64,000 nt of DNA from Octopus bimaculoides (GCF_001194135.2 NC_068998.1:20187-84186), one strand, 5' to 3'. Shown: positions 27,801-38,575, counted from the stretch's first letter. Notes: generated by a model not told the origin, from the sequence alone. Numbers and translations are program-made.

Positions 27801-29005
27801 TAGAGTTAGAAGATTTTGCAAGGGAACTAAAAAAGAAAGACCAAAAAGTAAAATAGGTAAACAACACAAACCAGGATGAAGTAAGATGCATAAAGGATAT
27901 AATTCAAGCCAAGGAAGAGCCTACAAGGGAAAATAATAGCACTAACAATAGCATGGATAGAGTATAAGATAGGCTATGATAAGTGGATAAATGAAGGTTT
28001 GAGTTTATTTAGTATTGTAGACAAGATAAGAGAGTTAATTAGCTTTAGCATAAAGAAATGGAAAGTAGATCTCTACTCAGGTGACACAACATTAGGGCAA
28101 GTTAAGATTGGGAGGAATTTTCCAGGGAGACTCATTATCCCCTTTAATATTTGTGTTAACCCCACCTACTAGTTTAGTATTAAGCAAAGAATAAAAAATA
28201 GATAGATTCTTTAATTCTAAGTGTAAGACTCTTCAGCAAAGATATAGTTATGGAATATGGTATGAATAAGTGTGCAATATTAGTCATAAAATTTACCAAA
28301 GAAATGTTGTGATTGATGTGAGCAATATGTTAGTTATATCATAATATAATACATACTCACACATACACATATCTCAACTGATGTCCACCTACACATAACA
28401 CACATATAACACAAGCACACTTAGCACAACACATAAGCAACTCATGATATGTAAGGAATTAGAATCTATCATAAAATACAGTGATTGAAGGAGTCTATTA
28501 GAGAAGAGCAACAGGAATATATCAGAGGTTAATATATTTGTATAAAAATCTGAATTATTGAGCATCTTAAAAGACAAACTTCCTGTTGCTATTTCATTCA
28601 GGTTTATTTCTTGTGACTTTGGTCACAGTTCCTCCTTTTAGTCTAAAGTGTTCAACACTCTTTCCTTCCCACTTCATAACTTGCTTCTGCTGTCTCTTCC
28701 ACTCTAACTCCTTATTTCTACCTTGTATTGAACTGTCTGCATGCATGATTGCCTGTTTCACAAACTGCTTATTCCTATGTATATACTGATATATCTAATA
28801 TAACTTGCTTTGTAATAATTTCTTGCTCTCTCTTTCACCTCTCTTATCACAGCTACTGCTTTCTCCTTCCAGAATAAAAAAAAAAAGGAAAAAAACCCAA
28901 CAAAAAGACTCGACACGTGACCTAGCCTTTTATAGTCATATATAGCATGTACATGTGTGTATATGTGTTTGTATGTGAGTGTGTGTGTCTGTATGTATAT
29001 GAGTA

Positions 29006-29038
<33 letters not shown>

Positions 29039-32000
29039 TTAAGTCTGTGTGTGAGTTTGTGTGTGTAATATTTATTTATTGGTTGGTTTTCTATATTCCT
29101 CAGTTTACCATATACTCTTCCCTCAACCCCACCACCATGTTCTGACATTTCTTGGAAATATTTATGTTGCAGATAAAGTATATTGTATAATACGGTGTGA
29201 GAAAAAGAAGCAGAAAATTCCCAGCTTTAAGGGAATTGAAGAATTCAATTGGAATACTCGAGCAACATTCTTTAGACAGAAGCCTGAAGAAGATGTTAAA
29301 GTTGAGGTAAAATACACGCACACATACATATATACATACGTATATACACATACATCTATACATACACATGTTAATGATATTTTGTCCTTTATATACCTGT
29401 ATGCATGTTCACGCAAACACACATACATGTATGTATGTATGTATGTATATATGGAAGAAGAGTGTTGTAGTTCGATTGAAGCATTGTAGTACAGAAGTAA
29501 AATAATGAACGAAAAGGGAAATAAAGAAAGTTTCTAACAATGTAGAGATGAAAAGTGAAAAACCTTTATATTTTGGGCACAAAGGCCCATCTTTCGGAAG
29601 TGTACAATCTCTCCCACCCCCGATCTTTGTGGTATCAACAACATCATCATTCGAGAAGCTGCTGCTTCTAGCACAAGCACTGAACTAAAACAGAGTCATT
29701 GCCCATCCTGCAATCCAACTAGCAGGATCTATGTAGACACCCACTTCTGAAGATGGGCCTTTGCACCCAAAATATAAAGGTTTTTCAACTTTCATCTCTG
29801 CATTGTTAGAAACTTTCCTCATTTCACTGTTCATTCATATAAATAAATGATTATGATGTCATATGTGTGTGCATGTGTATATATACATCTATGAATTTGT
29901 GTTGCAAGATTCATGATGTGAAACCATGTGTTGAAACAGATATTGTTATATTTCGAGATGGTCATTTCTTTTTTTTGGTCAAATAAACACATGCATTATA
30001 TATTTGTTCTTCACTTGTTTGTTACTGTTCTTATTTTATCTTATGTCCACAGTCCAGAAATCTTTCATCACACATCTGCAACCTCTTCAGTGACCCTTTC
30101 TATCCACATGCATCCTCTTACTCTGTTTAGTCCATTATGTCCTTCTGTGATGTGTATCCATATCTGCACATGCATTTGCATGCATGCATGTGTGTGTGAG
30201 TGTGTTTGTACATGTGCATATGCATGTCTATGTTATGCATGTGTGTGTATATGGGCTTTCCCACTACACTGATATTCTGTGTTCTTTATATTGTTTTTTT
30301 TTTTGTGGTACTTTGACCCCTACCCTCACCTACGTTTTCTCTTCTGCTGGTCTTGACCCTTACTTTTGATATTGTTCTTGCTTATTGTGTTGTTTGTATC
30401 TTTATATAGTGTTTTTTTTTTGTTTATTAATCTCTATTTCTTATATTTATCTTTGGAATGTGAATATTTGTCTTTTGTGTGTGTATTACAATGTTTGTAT
30501 TTGTCTTTTTTTTCCTCTTCTGTCTTTAGTTGTCCTGTTGCATGGTGGGGTGGTGGTGGGTGTTATTGTGTTTTCTGTTGAGGCTCGGTCTGTCTATTAT
30601 TATGTGCCTGGCCTCTGTAATCTAAACATCATGTCAGTTCTATGTGTTAATACTGTAACTTCTATGTTATTAACCAAGACTCTATGTCCTCCTTGAGCGT
30701 GTTGGTAGGGTACTGATGACCTTTTTTCTCTTTGAGTTCCTGCTAGTGTTCCCCTATTCACTCTCCTATGCTGCATGCTGTCTCTTCAATGTAAGTTACT
30801 GTTTTGTTTCTGCACCATCCCCCAGTACACTGTAAGCTATAGACTACATTCCTAATCTTACAGTTAACCTGTAGGTTCACCCTACACACTATACAGTTGT
30901 TCTCCATGCAGAGTCCTATTTAAAACCAGTAGCCTATAGTTCAGGGGCTGGTTAGGGTAGTCTATTATTACCTTAATACTCTGGTGAATGGAGTTAGCTA
31001 TTTGCTGGATGCTTTCCATAGTGTTAGATTCTAGATCTTGACATTATCTTGTGGAGGTGCTTTGTCCACTCTGTTCATAGCATCCACATAGCAGGAGCAC
31101 ATGGTTAGGCTTATGGAGTTCTCTGATGATCTCTCTGAGTCTCCTATCCCACTGTACCATATATAGGTTAGCCACATTATCAGCAATACTGACTGATGGC
31201 TACACCTTCCTCTAGGGTACATATCTTGTTATTAAACTTGTATATGTGACCCTTAAGTGTGTGTGACTAAAACTCACACCCATCACATGTGCGACCATCT
31301 TTTTAACCTAAAATTGTCATTTTTGGGAGTCTGTATAACTGTATAACTCCATCTGTCTATCTAGGGGTATTTTTGGCCATTGAGGTTATAGTAGGGAGTT
31401 TACCTCTTACCAATCTTGTGGAGCAGAATCAACTGAGGTCATGTTCATCTAAGTAATCCTTGTCACATGTCAGGTGATCAATGAGAATGATGTGGAGTTT
31501 CATGGTGTTGACACAGTAAAACTAGGCCTCCTCCTGAGACTGACATGGCCCATTTACACACACATAAGCACACACATGTAAGACATAGACATGCATATGC
31601 ACACACATACAGACAAAGAAGTAAATGTACGTGGATGGAAAGGGTCACTGAAGAGGTTACAGATGTGTGATGAAAGATTTCCAGACAATGGACATAAGAT
31701 AAAATAAGAACAGTAATAAATGAGTGAAGAACAAACATATAGCACATGTGTCTATTTGGCAAATTAAAAAGAACAAAAGGACCATCCCAAAATATAACAA
31801 TATATATATANNNNNNNNNNNNNNNNNNNNNNNNNNNNNNNNNNNNNNNNNNNNNNNNNNNNNNNNNNNNNNNNNNNNNNNNNNNNNNNNNNNNNNNNNN
31901 NNNNNNNNNNNNNNNNNNNNNNNNNNNNNNNNNNNNNNNNNNNNNNNNNNNNNNNNNNNNNNNNNNNNNNNNNNNNNNNNNNNNNNNNNNNNNNNNNNNN

Positions 32001-32475
32001 NNNNNNNNNNNNNNNNNNNNNNNNNNNNNNNNNNNNNNNNNNNNNNNNNNNNNNNNNNNNNNNNNNNNNNNNNNNNNNNNNNNNNNNNNNNNNNNNNNNN
32101 NNNNNNNNNNNNNNNNNNNNNNNNNNNNNNNNNNNNNNNNNNNNNNNNNNNNNNNNNNNNNNNNNNNNNNNNNNNNNNNNNNNNNNNNNNNNNNNNNNNN
32201 NNNNNNNNNNNNNNNNNNNNNNNNNNNNNNNNNNNNNNNNNNNNNNNNNNNNNNNNNNNNNNNNNNNNNNNNNNNNNNNNNNNNNNNNNNNNNNNNNNNN
32301 NNNNNNNNNNNNNNNNNNNNNNNNNNNNNNNNNNNNNNNNNNNNNNNNNNNNNNNNNNNNNNNNNNNNNNNNNNNNNNNNNNNNNNNNNNNNNNNNNNNN
32401 NNNNNNNNNNNNNNNNNNNNNNNNNNNNNNNNNNNNNNNNNNNNNNNNNNNNNNNNNNNNNNNNNNNNNNNNNNN

Positions 32476-32517
<42 letters not shown>

Positions 32518-33586
32518 TATATATATTTATGTATATGGTCATATATATATTTGTGCATGCATACATACATATGTATGTATATATTGTTATTGCTGTTGTC
32601 GTTTTCAGTTCCTACTGGGGTCAACATTGCCTTTCAGCATTTTAAAGGCAATAAAAAAAGAAACAGTACCAGTCAAATACTGAAGTTGATGTACCTTCAA
32701 AATTACTGGTGATCTGCATAAATTAGAAACTGTCATCATTGTCATGATTATTGTTGTTAATACCAACTAAATCTTCTTAAATAATAACCCTAATTATGTA
32801 ATTTTATTCTTTAAACAATTCTAATAGGAAAGTGACTCCTCATGATTGTTGTTACCCCCTGTGTGAATCTGGAAGTATTGGTGATAAGGTTAACAGTTTG
32901 CAGAGTCGAACAAGATGGTCTTTCTCTTGAATTGACCCCTGTTCTACCTGTTGGTGCAGGTACACATTGATAGAGAAAGCCTGAAGAATTTGGTGTGCAT
33001 AGGATTGAGCTGGTGAACCCAGGTTTTCTATGCTGTCTTGAACTATTATGTCCTTTTTATGATTACTTCTGTTAATTATGAGATCAATTAAACAAGAGAA
33101 AATATGACTAGTGACACATTTGATCAGTTGATTGAGTTTATTAGCAAAATGCACTTTTTCTAGCTATTGTTGCATATCTAATATATTTAAAATATTTATT
33201 TCCTGTTAATACAAACTATTCCCATCTTTATTGAGTATTCAGTATTAATGTCCTTTCTTCCAATGTGCCAAGTTTAGTTATTTTCCAGTTCTTAGTGACT
33301 TAAGAATAATTTTGTTTTTGTCTGATTCTTTGTGCTAATCATCACAAAGAGTTTTTAATAGTATTTTTTTCTCTTGCAGGTTTGGGAAAAACGGTTTTTC
33401 GGTGACAAATGTCTTGGGTATGTGACACTACCAATGGCCCGAGCAAATTGGTCAAAATATCAAAGCATGAACACATCAACTCGTTATGTAGTACAAAGCA
33501 AGGATGAAAAATCTGCAGATTATGACAGGAATCCACAGTATTTATGGATTATTGTCCAACAATCAGAAGCCCTTCATACACTTTGA
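4221..33586 (+). CDS. CAPN5: Calpain-5 (calpain with C-terminal C2 domain, tra-3 orthologue), 12 coding exons, 634 aa
   Basis: Exons 4221-4382, 11805-11936, 13249-13451, 13904-14087, 15937-16130, 17986-18066, 18722-18899, 22507-22623, 24948-25147, 25409-25521, 29173-29306 and 33380-33586 all have GT-AG boundaries and compatible phases (sum 1905 nt). Motifs [18 protein letters not shown] and RNPWG are present. The [12 protein letters not shown] insert matches the CAPN5/6-type loop. A C2 domain replaces the penta-EF-hand. Confidence 0.95.
4590..4960 (-). mobile_element. RTE LINE 5' region (APE endonuclease start)
   Basis: [32 protein letters not shown] is the N-terminal motif of an AP-endonuclease. 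Confidence 0.75.
6185..6905 (+). mobile_element. Helitron relic (PIF1-like helicase C-terminus plus an N-terminal-region motif)
   Basis: [57 protein letters not shown], then frameshifted [13 protein letters not shown]; followed by [18 protein letters not shown]. Confidence 0.85.
7000..7540 (-). mobile_element. RTE LINE RT-core fragment
   Basis: [29 protein letters not shown]...[13 protein letters not shown] (YADD mutated to YADN). Confidence 0.8.
7545..7750 (+). mobile_element. RTE 3'UTR fragment with (GAT)n end
   Basis: Ends ccaacccatgccagaaggga...gttaaatgatgat, the family 3' terminus. Confidence 0.7.
9981..10170 (-). mobile_element. RTE 3'UTR fragment
   Basis: (CAT)n followed by ttaacattcgtcttccatgctggcatgggttgg. 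Confidence 0.7.
10240..10433 (+). mobile_element. RTE ORF end joined directly to the 3' terminus
   Basis: [21 protein letters not shown]...GRGRP, then ccaacccatgccagcatg...gttaaacgatgatgat; most of the 3'UTR is deleted. Confidence 0.75.
11051..11209. mobile_element. hAT-superfamily MITE (159 bp)
   Basis: Perfect 13-bp TIRs CACTAGCATAGCT / AGCTATGCTAGTG and a perfect 8-bp TSD TTTGGGAG (11043-11050 and 11210-11217). Confidence 0.88.
11805..11936 (+). CDS. CAPN5: CAPN5 coding exon 2 with catalytic Cys (codon 11880-11882)
   Basis: [44 protein letters not shown]; cAG acceptor and GTAAGA donor. Not shown in the ORF track. Confidence 0.95.
13249..13451 (+). CDS. CAPN5: CAPN5 coding exon 3
   Basis: [10 protein letters not shown]...[26 protein letters not shown]...[13 protein letters not shown]; ttcAG acceptor, GTAAGA donor, phase 2. 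Confidence 0.95.
13904..14087 (+). CDS. CAPN5: CAPN5 coding exon 4
   Basis: [26 protein letters not shown]...LMSASIM; tAG acceptor, GTAAGA donor. Confidence 0.93.
14227..14410 (+). mobile_element. Degenerate SINE (aataagtaccagg...ggggtcgat core)
   Basis: Shares the taagtacc and ggggtcgat motifs with the downstream SINEs; diverged. Confidence 0.55.
15937..16130 (+). CDS. CAPN5: CAPN5 coding exon 5 with catalytic His (15991-15993) and Asn (16087-16089)
   Basis: AVTQRERE...[13 protein letters not shown]...[18 protein letters not shown]; ttttcAG acceptor, GTAAGT donor. Confidence 0.95.
16430..17280 (-). mobile_element. Degraded LINE ORF1 (gag-like) region
   Basis: [25 protein letters not shown] resembles a decayed CX2CX4HX4C knuckle, followed by a Lys/Glu-rich stretch. 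Confidence 0.4.
17281..17570 (-). mobile_element. Young RTE 3'UTR fragment with (GAT)n tail
   Basis: (CAT)n + cgtttaacgtctgctttccatgctagcatggg; CpGs largely retained. Confidence 0.8.
17986..18066 (+). CDS. CAPN5: CAPN5 coding exon 6
   Basis: [27 protein letters not shown]; ttttAG acceptor, GTGGGT donor, phase 2/2. Confidence 0.92.
18722..18899 (+). CDS. CAPN5: CAPN5 coding exon 7 (CysPc end / C2L start)
   Basis: [21 protein letters not shown]...[23 protein letters not shown]; tgtAG acceptor, GTTGGT donor. Confidence 0.92.
19018..20247 (+). mobile_element. Full-length, inactivated mariner (DD34D) transposon in intron 7
   Basis: 30-bp TIRs (ttggaccatcccataaataatgcagttttt; 4 mismatches) and TA TSDs at 19016-19017 and 20248-20249. 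Motifs [15 protein letters not shown] and [16 protein letters not shown]; many stops and frameshifts. Confidence 0.93.
21130..21350 (-). mobile_element. Old RTE 3'UTR fragment
   Basis: tttccatgctggtatggcttggatgg...gcctggatgc resembles the family terminus. Confidence 0.5.
22507..22623 (+). CDS. CAPN5: CAPN5 coding exon 8 (C2L domain)
   Basis: [39 protein letters not shown]; gcAG acceptor, GTAAGC donor. Completes the NPQ|Y motif. Not shown in the ORF track. Confidence 0.9.
24948..25147 (+). CDS. CAPN5: CAPN5 coding exon 9 (C2L domain)
   Basis: [12 protein letters not shown]...[10 protein letters not shown]...[24 protein letters not shown]; ctAG acceptor, GTAAAG donor. Not shown in the ORF track. 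Confidence 0.92.
25409..25521 (+). CDS. CAPN5: CAPN5 coding exon 10 (linker / C2 start)
   Basis: [37 protein letters not shown]; cccAG acceptor, GTAAGT donor, phase 2/1. Confidence 0.88.
26750..27700 (-). mobile_element. RTE LINE 3' ~950 bp: ORF end, 3'UTR with ~65-bp minisatellite, (GAT)n tail
   Basis: [19 protein letters not shown]...[17 protein letters not shown] is continuous with a UTR ending at catcatcatc (26750). A further terminus-only copy lies at 26578-26630. Confidence 0.85.
26909..27160. repeat. ~65-66-bp minisatellite, ~3.7 units, inside the RTE 3'UTR
   Basis: Units start ggtg(c/a)tttt at 26909, 26975, 27040 and 27106. Confidence 0.85.
27760..28170 (+). mobile_element. Degraded Dong/R4-like RT fragment
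   Basis: ggaattttccagggagactcattatcccctttaatatttgtg = [14 protein letters not shown], preceded by [17 protein letters not shown]. Confidence 0.7.
29173..29306 (+). CDS. CAPN5: CAPN5 coding exon 11 (C2 domain)
   Basis: (H)[44 protein letters not shown]; tgcAG acceptor, GTAAAA donor. Confidence 0.9.
29504..29835. repeat. Inverted repeat (~100-bp arms, ~140-bp spacer) carrying a hammerhead-like motif
   Basis: 29504-29602 is the approximate reverse complement of 29742-29835. Confidence 0.85.
29940..31810. repeat. Inverted pair of a ~190-bp repeat (29940-30130 + and 31620-31810 -)
   Basis: The ORF track shows near-identical translations on opposite strands ([25 protein letters not shown]). Confidence 0.8.
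33380..33586 (+). CDS. CAPN5: CAPN5 terminal coding exon 12
   Basis: [17 protein letters not shown]...[15 protein letters not shown]; long pyrimidine tract and gcAG acceptor; TGA at 33584-33586. Confidence 0.92.
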   Translation, partial: VWEKRFFGDKCLGYVTLPMARANWSKYQSMNTSTRYVVQSKDEKSADYDRNPQYLWIIVQQSEALHTL

Positions 33587-33742
33587 GGCACATGTCTTCA
33601 TATTTAATTTTATATTTACAATATTTGTTCTCTACAAATGGTGGTACCCTGCTAGAAATCTTTTTTTTGATTTTTGTTTTATTTTTTCACAACCCTTGAC
33701 ATCACACTGAGCTAATCCTCACTCTTAAGAAAGCAAAAATGA

Positions 33743-33748
33743 AATAAA
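33743..33748 (+). terminator. Candidate polyadenylation signal AATAAA of CAPN5
   Basis: First canonical hexamer I found after the stop (~157 nt downstream). The sequence is AT-rich, so a chance match is possible. Confidence 0.35.
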
Positions 33749-34706
33749 AAAGATAGAAAATTAAGAAACCCATTACATTGTAATGGGTTTATTAAATTGT
33801 TTTTAAGAACATTTCAAAAATGGATAAAACACTTCAAGAACACTTCAAAAAAAGGATAAAAAGAAGATAAATATATTAACATACACACACTATTTTATTA
33901 AAGCTAAATAAACTTCACATACTGTTACTCAGAGTTTCATGTGATTTTTCATCAGACTGTTGTGATAATCCAGACAAGTGAAGATATTTTATAAACAATG
34001 GGTATCTATAAAAGTTTATAGATACCAATTCAATTAATACACATTAACAACTGATTTTAAAAAACAAGTGTAAATTGGGATGCAAGTGAGAGTTGACTGG
34101 AGAAGAGTAATATATATATAAACAATAGTTGAACTGAAAATCTTTGTGTAGGAGAGGTCTGCTGTAAATGCTGGAGAAAACGTGAGCAGACTAACAAACT
34201 ATGTCAAGAATAAGAAATGGCAAGTACTTAGAAAGGATAGAAGTAAACCAAAAATTGAAATTAAATTTAAAGATTAAAAACTAAAGTAAATAAGTAAAAA
34301 TGTACGAATAATTAATAGAGAAGAGAAGGAAACTGAAAAGGAAGTTGGGACATAGAGAAGAAAAGGATAAAGAAAGAAGAGCAGGAAAGAAAAGTGAGTG
34401 ATTAACTGAAGGTGATAGAAGGGGAGGAGGGGTGAATGTTACTTGCATAGCAATACACCAATTTGTTTTTTGGATGTACCTGATGAATGTGTCACACTTA
34501 AGACAAGAAAATTGTTGAAAGAAATTTTGTTGCTTAAATAAAAATTTTTCACTAAATCTCTTATAATTTCTGGGAGATATTTGAAACCACAACCTATGTA
34601 TTACTATGTCTCAACACCCATGCCTACTGGGCCACCGATGCAGCAACAATCTTAATGAGAAAATCAAAATATTTAAATTTGATGCATGTGTCAAGCAAGG
34701 GAGAAA

Positions 34707-34777
<71 letters not shown>

Positions 34778-36079
34778 AGCATGAAACTGTCTTTCTGGAG
34801 TGATTGATTATTTGAATGCCTTTCTATGATTGAACTGAAATTGACCCTGGTCAACCACACACACACACACACATTTTTTTCAGGTTTTCTACCATACACC
34901 AGATAAAATGGTAAGTCTTATTCTCCGAGATTTAAATTTTGAATTTGTTTTAATCATAAAATTATACCTCAGCTAAAAAGCATCTTTTGCCTTTCGAATA
35001 CAACCTTTTCTTTCTCTCTCAATATTTTTTGTTAAGTTACAATTTCTCTGCTTTGGACAGGATTTTTCCAATTTCTTTTTTTTCGTTTTTTGTATCAAGT
35101 AATGGACAAAAGCATTTTTGAAAAAAACTAAATTCATAGAACCAAACAAAATCAAAAATATTAATTCCATTTTTCCCCTTTCTTTAATACTAACAAGAGT
35201 ATAGTATGAGAGAGATTTGGCTGTTATTTCTAGTAAATTGAACAACCACACAGAGTTATTCATTTGTTGATGTGTATAAGTAAACAAAAACTAAAAGACA
35301 CACACACACACACATATATGAATGTATGCGTATGTATGTATGTATGTATGTATGGAGAATACCAATTAACAAAAGTAACATGACCTGGTTGATTCTGTTT
35401 AAAGGTTTGAATGCTACAAACATTAAAAAGACATTAAAAAAAGACAAAACAGAAAGTCCTAGCGATTGGCTATAAAGATGTCTACAAAGATCATGAGAAA
35501 TATATAATATACAAATATGATGTAGATGATGTAGACAAAGCTACATTGAGCCACAAGACCAACTTCCTGAACATCCACAAACACACTTCTAGGTATCTTT
35601 TGTGCTGTCAAATGATTCCACATGGATAGTCCTTTTTAGTTTCAGCAAATATTATTAACCTTTTAAAATAGCCCAGTTCCTTTCATATAACTTGTTTTTT
35701 GTTTTTTTTTTGTTAGCACTTTACAGATTGTCTTCACTACCACATCTTTTTCACACCATTCAGCTTTGACATACATGATCGTTTTCTTTTGCGGTAATAT
35801 ATATTACACCTAATATGTTTTTCCAAACCACTTAAGAATTTTAGACTTATTTCTTGGCTTGAAGTGAACTGGCTCAAGTCAAGCTGGTTGAAAGACCCTG
35901 AATGAAGCTGCACTGAAAATTATGCTTGATTGCATATGTAACTGCCCATACTTTGTGCAGTGGAAGCATGTGTAGGTCGTCATAACCATAAAAATAGGCT
36001 GTATGACATTGTAAAAGAAAAGGAAATATATTTTGAGGATGAACAAGTCTCCATATTCTCTATTGCTATAATTATGGCT

Positions 36080-36133
<54 letters not shown>

Positions 36134-37547
36134 TGTGTGTGTGTGTGTGTGTCTACACAGACATGCACACATAAGAGATATGGCCCAATAAATAGATAAA
36201 TGGATAGATAAACAAATAGCTGGACAGATGAACTAAAATATTTGATGAAGAAGACATTCATTGCTTGAGGAGAGATTAAATCCAACGTAATCTATATTTA
36301 CGCAAACAACATAGAAGATAAGCATCATTTGTCAATATAAACGTCTTGCCCACATATCTTCTCTAATCTGTAGATCTTTTCCTATTTGCATCATCTTATT
36401 TCTTAAGATTTGAATGTCTGCTTCCAAACGAAAAACAATTTGAAAATATCTTCACACGTCACCCTGTTTCTGGATACTCGACTGTCCAAGTTTCGCTGTT
36501 GTTGCTGTTGTTGTGTATCCCCTGATAAAATCTGACCGTGCATACTTTTGGCCCGTAGTTAGCCAAATAACTAGGTTCAATACTCAGATGCATAGCTCTG
36601 GACATGACATACACCCACCTAGTTAAACATCTGTTTCACAGTTGTTAATTGTATGTAGTATTGTGCTGTAGCCTGGGCGTGTTGTCCATTTTATGCTGGT
36701 CAGTCTGTTTCTCTGTCTGCTATTGTTGTTCAAGCATAGGTCAGAGCTATGATCAAAAATGTTATGGCTGTGACCATCCATCTTTGAGTCAAGCAATTTA
36801 TCTTAGACTACATTAGCCATTGTGTCCTCCCTATTTTTCTTTTACAAGGCATTAGTGTGTGATTTGAGGCTGTCATTTCTAAAGGATAGATTCTCACTCC
36901 TTACCATACACATAAATTAAAAAAAAAATCTTAACATGCATTTGTTCTTAAATAATGAAATCTTTGACAATGCAGCCCTTAACAGCAACCAGATCGAGTT
37001 TATCTCCCACCTCAAACACCCACGAGCAAAGAAAAGGCATCAAAATATCATTTGGTTTACATTCATTACACCCTAAACGTTAAGTCCAACATAACTAAAA
37101 TCGAAATTCAATCTATATAAACACCTTCCTATAAGGCATAAATATAGGAAACTGTTCGATATAAATAAGTCTATAGTGAGCAATAGCTACACTGGTGATA
37201 TGAAGAATATATCTTACAAATCCATTATAGCTACTATGTATTGATAATATAACAAATCGTTATCATTAGCGCTCAGATTGTAGCACCATTGCGGCTTTCA
37301 TAATCAAGTCAAGCCTTAAGACCAACAAAGAGATTTGAATCCTTCAGCAGCATCTGAATTCTGAATGCAAACAGCTGAAACAGATACTGCAAGGCATCTC
37401 GTTTTATGCTCTAACAATTTCACTTAACTACTGCTTTGGACTGGAACTTAACTAATCAACCCCAAAAGAATGAAGACTAAAGTTAACTTTTGTGGGATCT
37501 GAACAAATGATGCAGAGCATTTATTTTATCCCCTTTTAACAATTCTG

Positions 37548-37571
37548 CTAACCCTAACCCTAACCCTAACC
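37548..37571. repeat. Interstitial telomere-like repeat (CTAACC)4
   Basis: ctaaccctaaccctaaccctaacc read directly. Confidence 0.8.
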
Positions 37572-38208
37572 ACATGCAAAGCAAAACATTCATATGGCTA
37601 AGTCTTTTTTCTTTGCAGTCATTAAGTACTTCAGTGCAGATTAGTTAATGGTTCACTACAAAGCAGCTCAATATCCAAAATCAGAGTTTTACACAGCACT
37701 TTTTGTTTGTTATAAAAGCAAGAAATATTTAGCACAATGTCATGGTAGAATGCGTTGAAATGGTAAAAGTGAAAATATAAAAGAAGAAACAAGAAAGGAA
37801 GTAGATGTATATAGATTTCAATAAGAAACATAATAAACCAAACTGAATTAAGCACATTGTCAAAAAAAAGCTAAAGAAAACCAAAATTGTTTCTCTGCAA
37901 ACATGACTGGAAGTATGGAAAAGTTTAGTAATGAAATAAATAGGTAAATAATTGATGAAAACAGACAAGCAGAAGCAATTTCTGTAAATTAAGTGGAAAT
38001 AATATAAAAATTGGTGGTGATTTCTCTCAACATTCCAACTAATTCTTAATCAATAAAATATAATCCCCGAAACATGAAGATTGCTGTTGGGTGACTTTCC
38101 TTGAGAATCGGATTAATTAGACCTAACTCTTGGAATAATATTGTCTATAGGGATATTTCTGCAGAATAATCTTCACTGGCTGGTATGAAACACACTAAAC
38201 TTCGGTAA

Positions 38209-38244
<36 letters not shown>

Positions 38245-38575
38245 CTAACCATCTGTCTATATGTTGAATTTGCATATAATATGTTCACATGTATACAGTA
38301 GCAAATATGAATACACACACACGCTATTAAATACATATATTAATGTATATGCTTTGTGTCTTTTCCAGTGACTGCAATGGTCTAACAGAGTATATGACTC
38401 TCAGTGTCACTGGTATTAAAAACACCTTAGAGTCATGGACAGGTGAGATAATGCACCTCGTTATACATGTGTATACATACACATGTATACACATATAGTT
38501 CAATGAAGAGATCCAAATGTTCTCTGTATAGAATACACTCAGTAGTGCTCAAGAGGTTTAAGCTTGAGCGGGTAT

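Noticed and set aside
31120-31160. CTGATGA hammerhead core
   Set aside because: No downstream GAAA or consistent helices.
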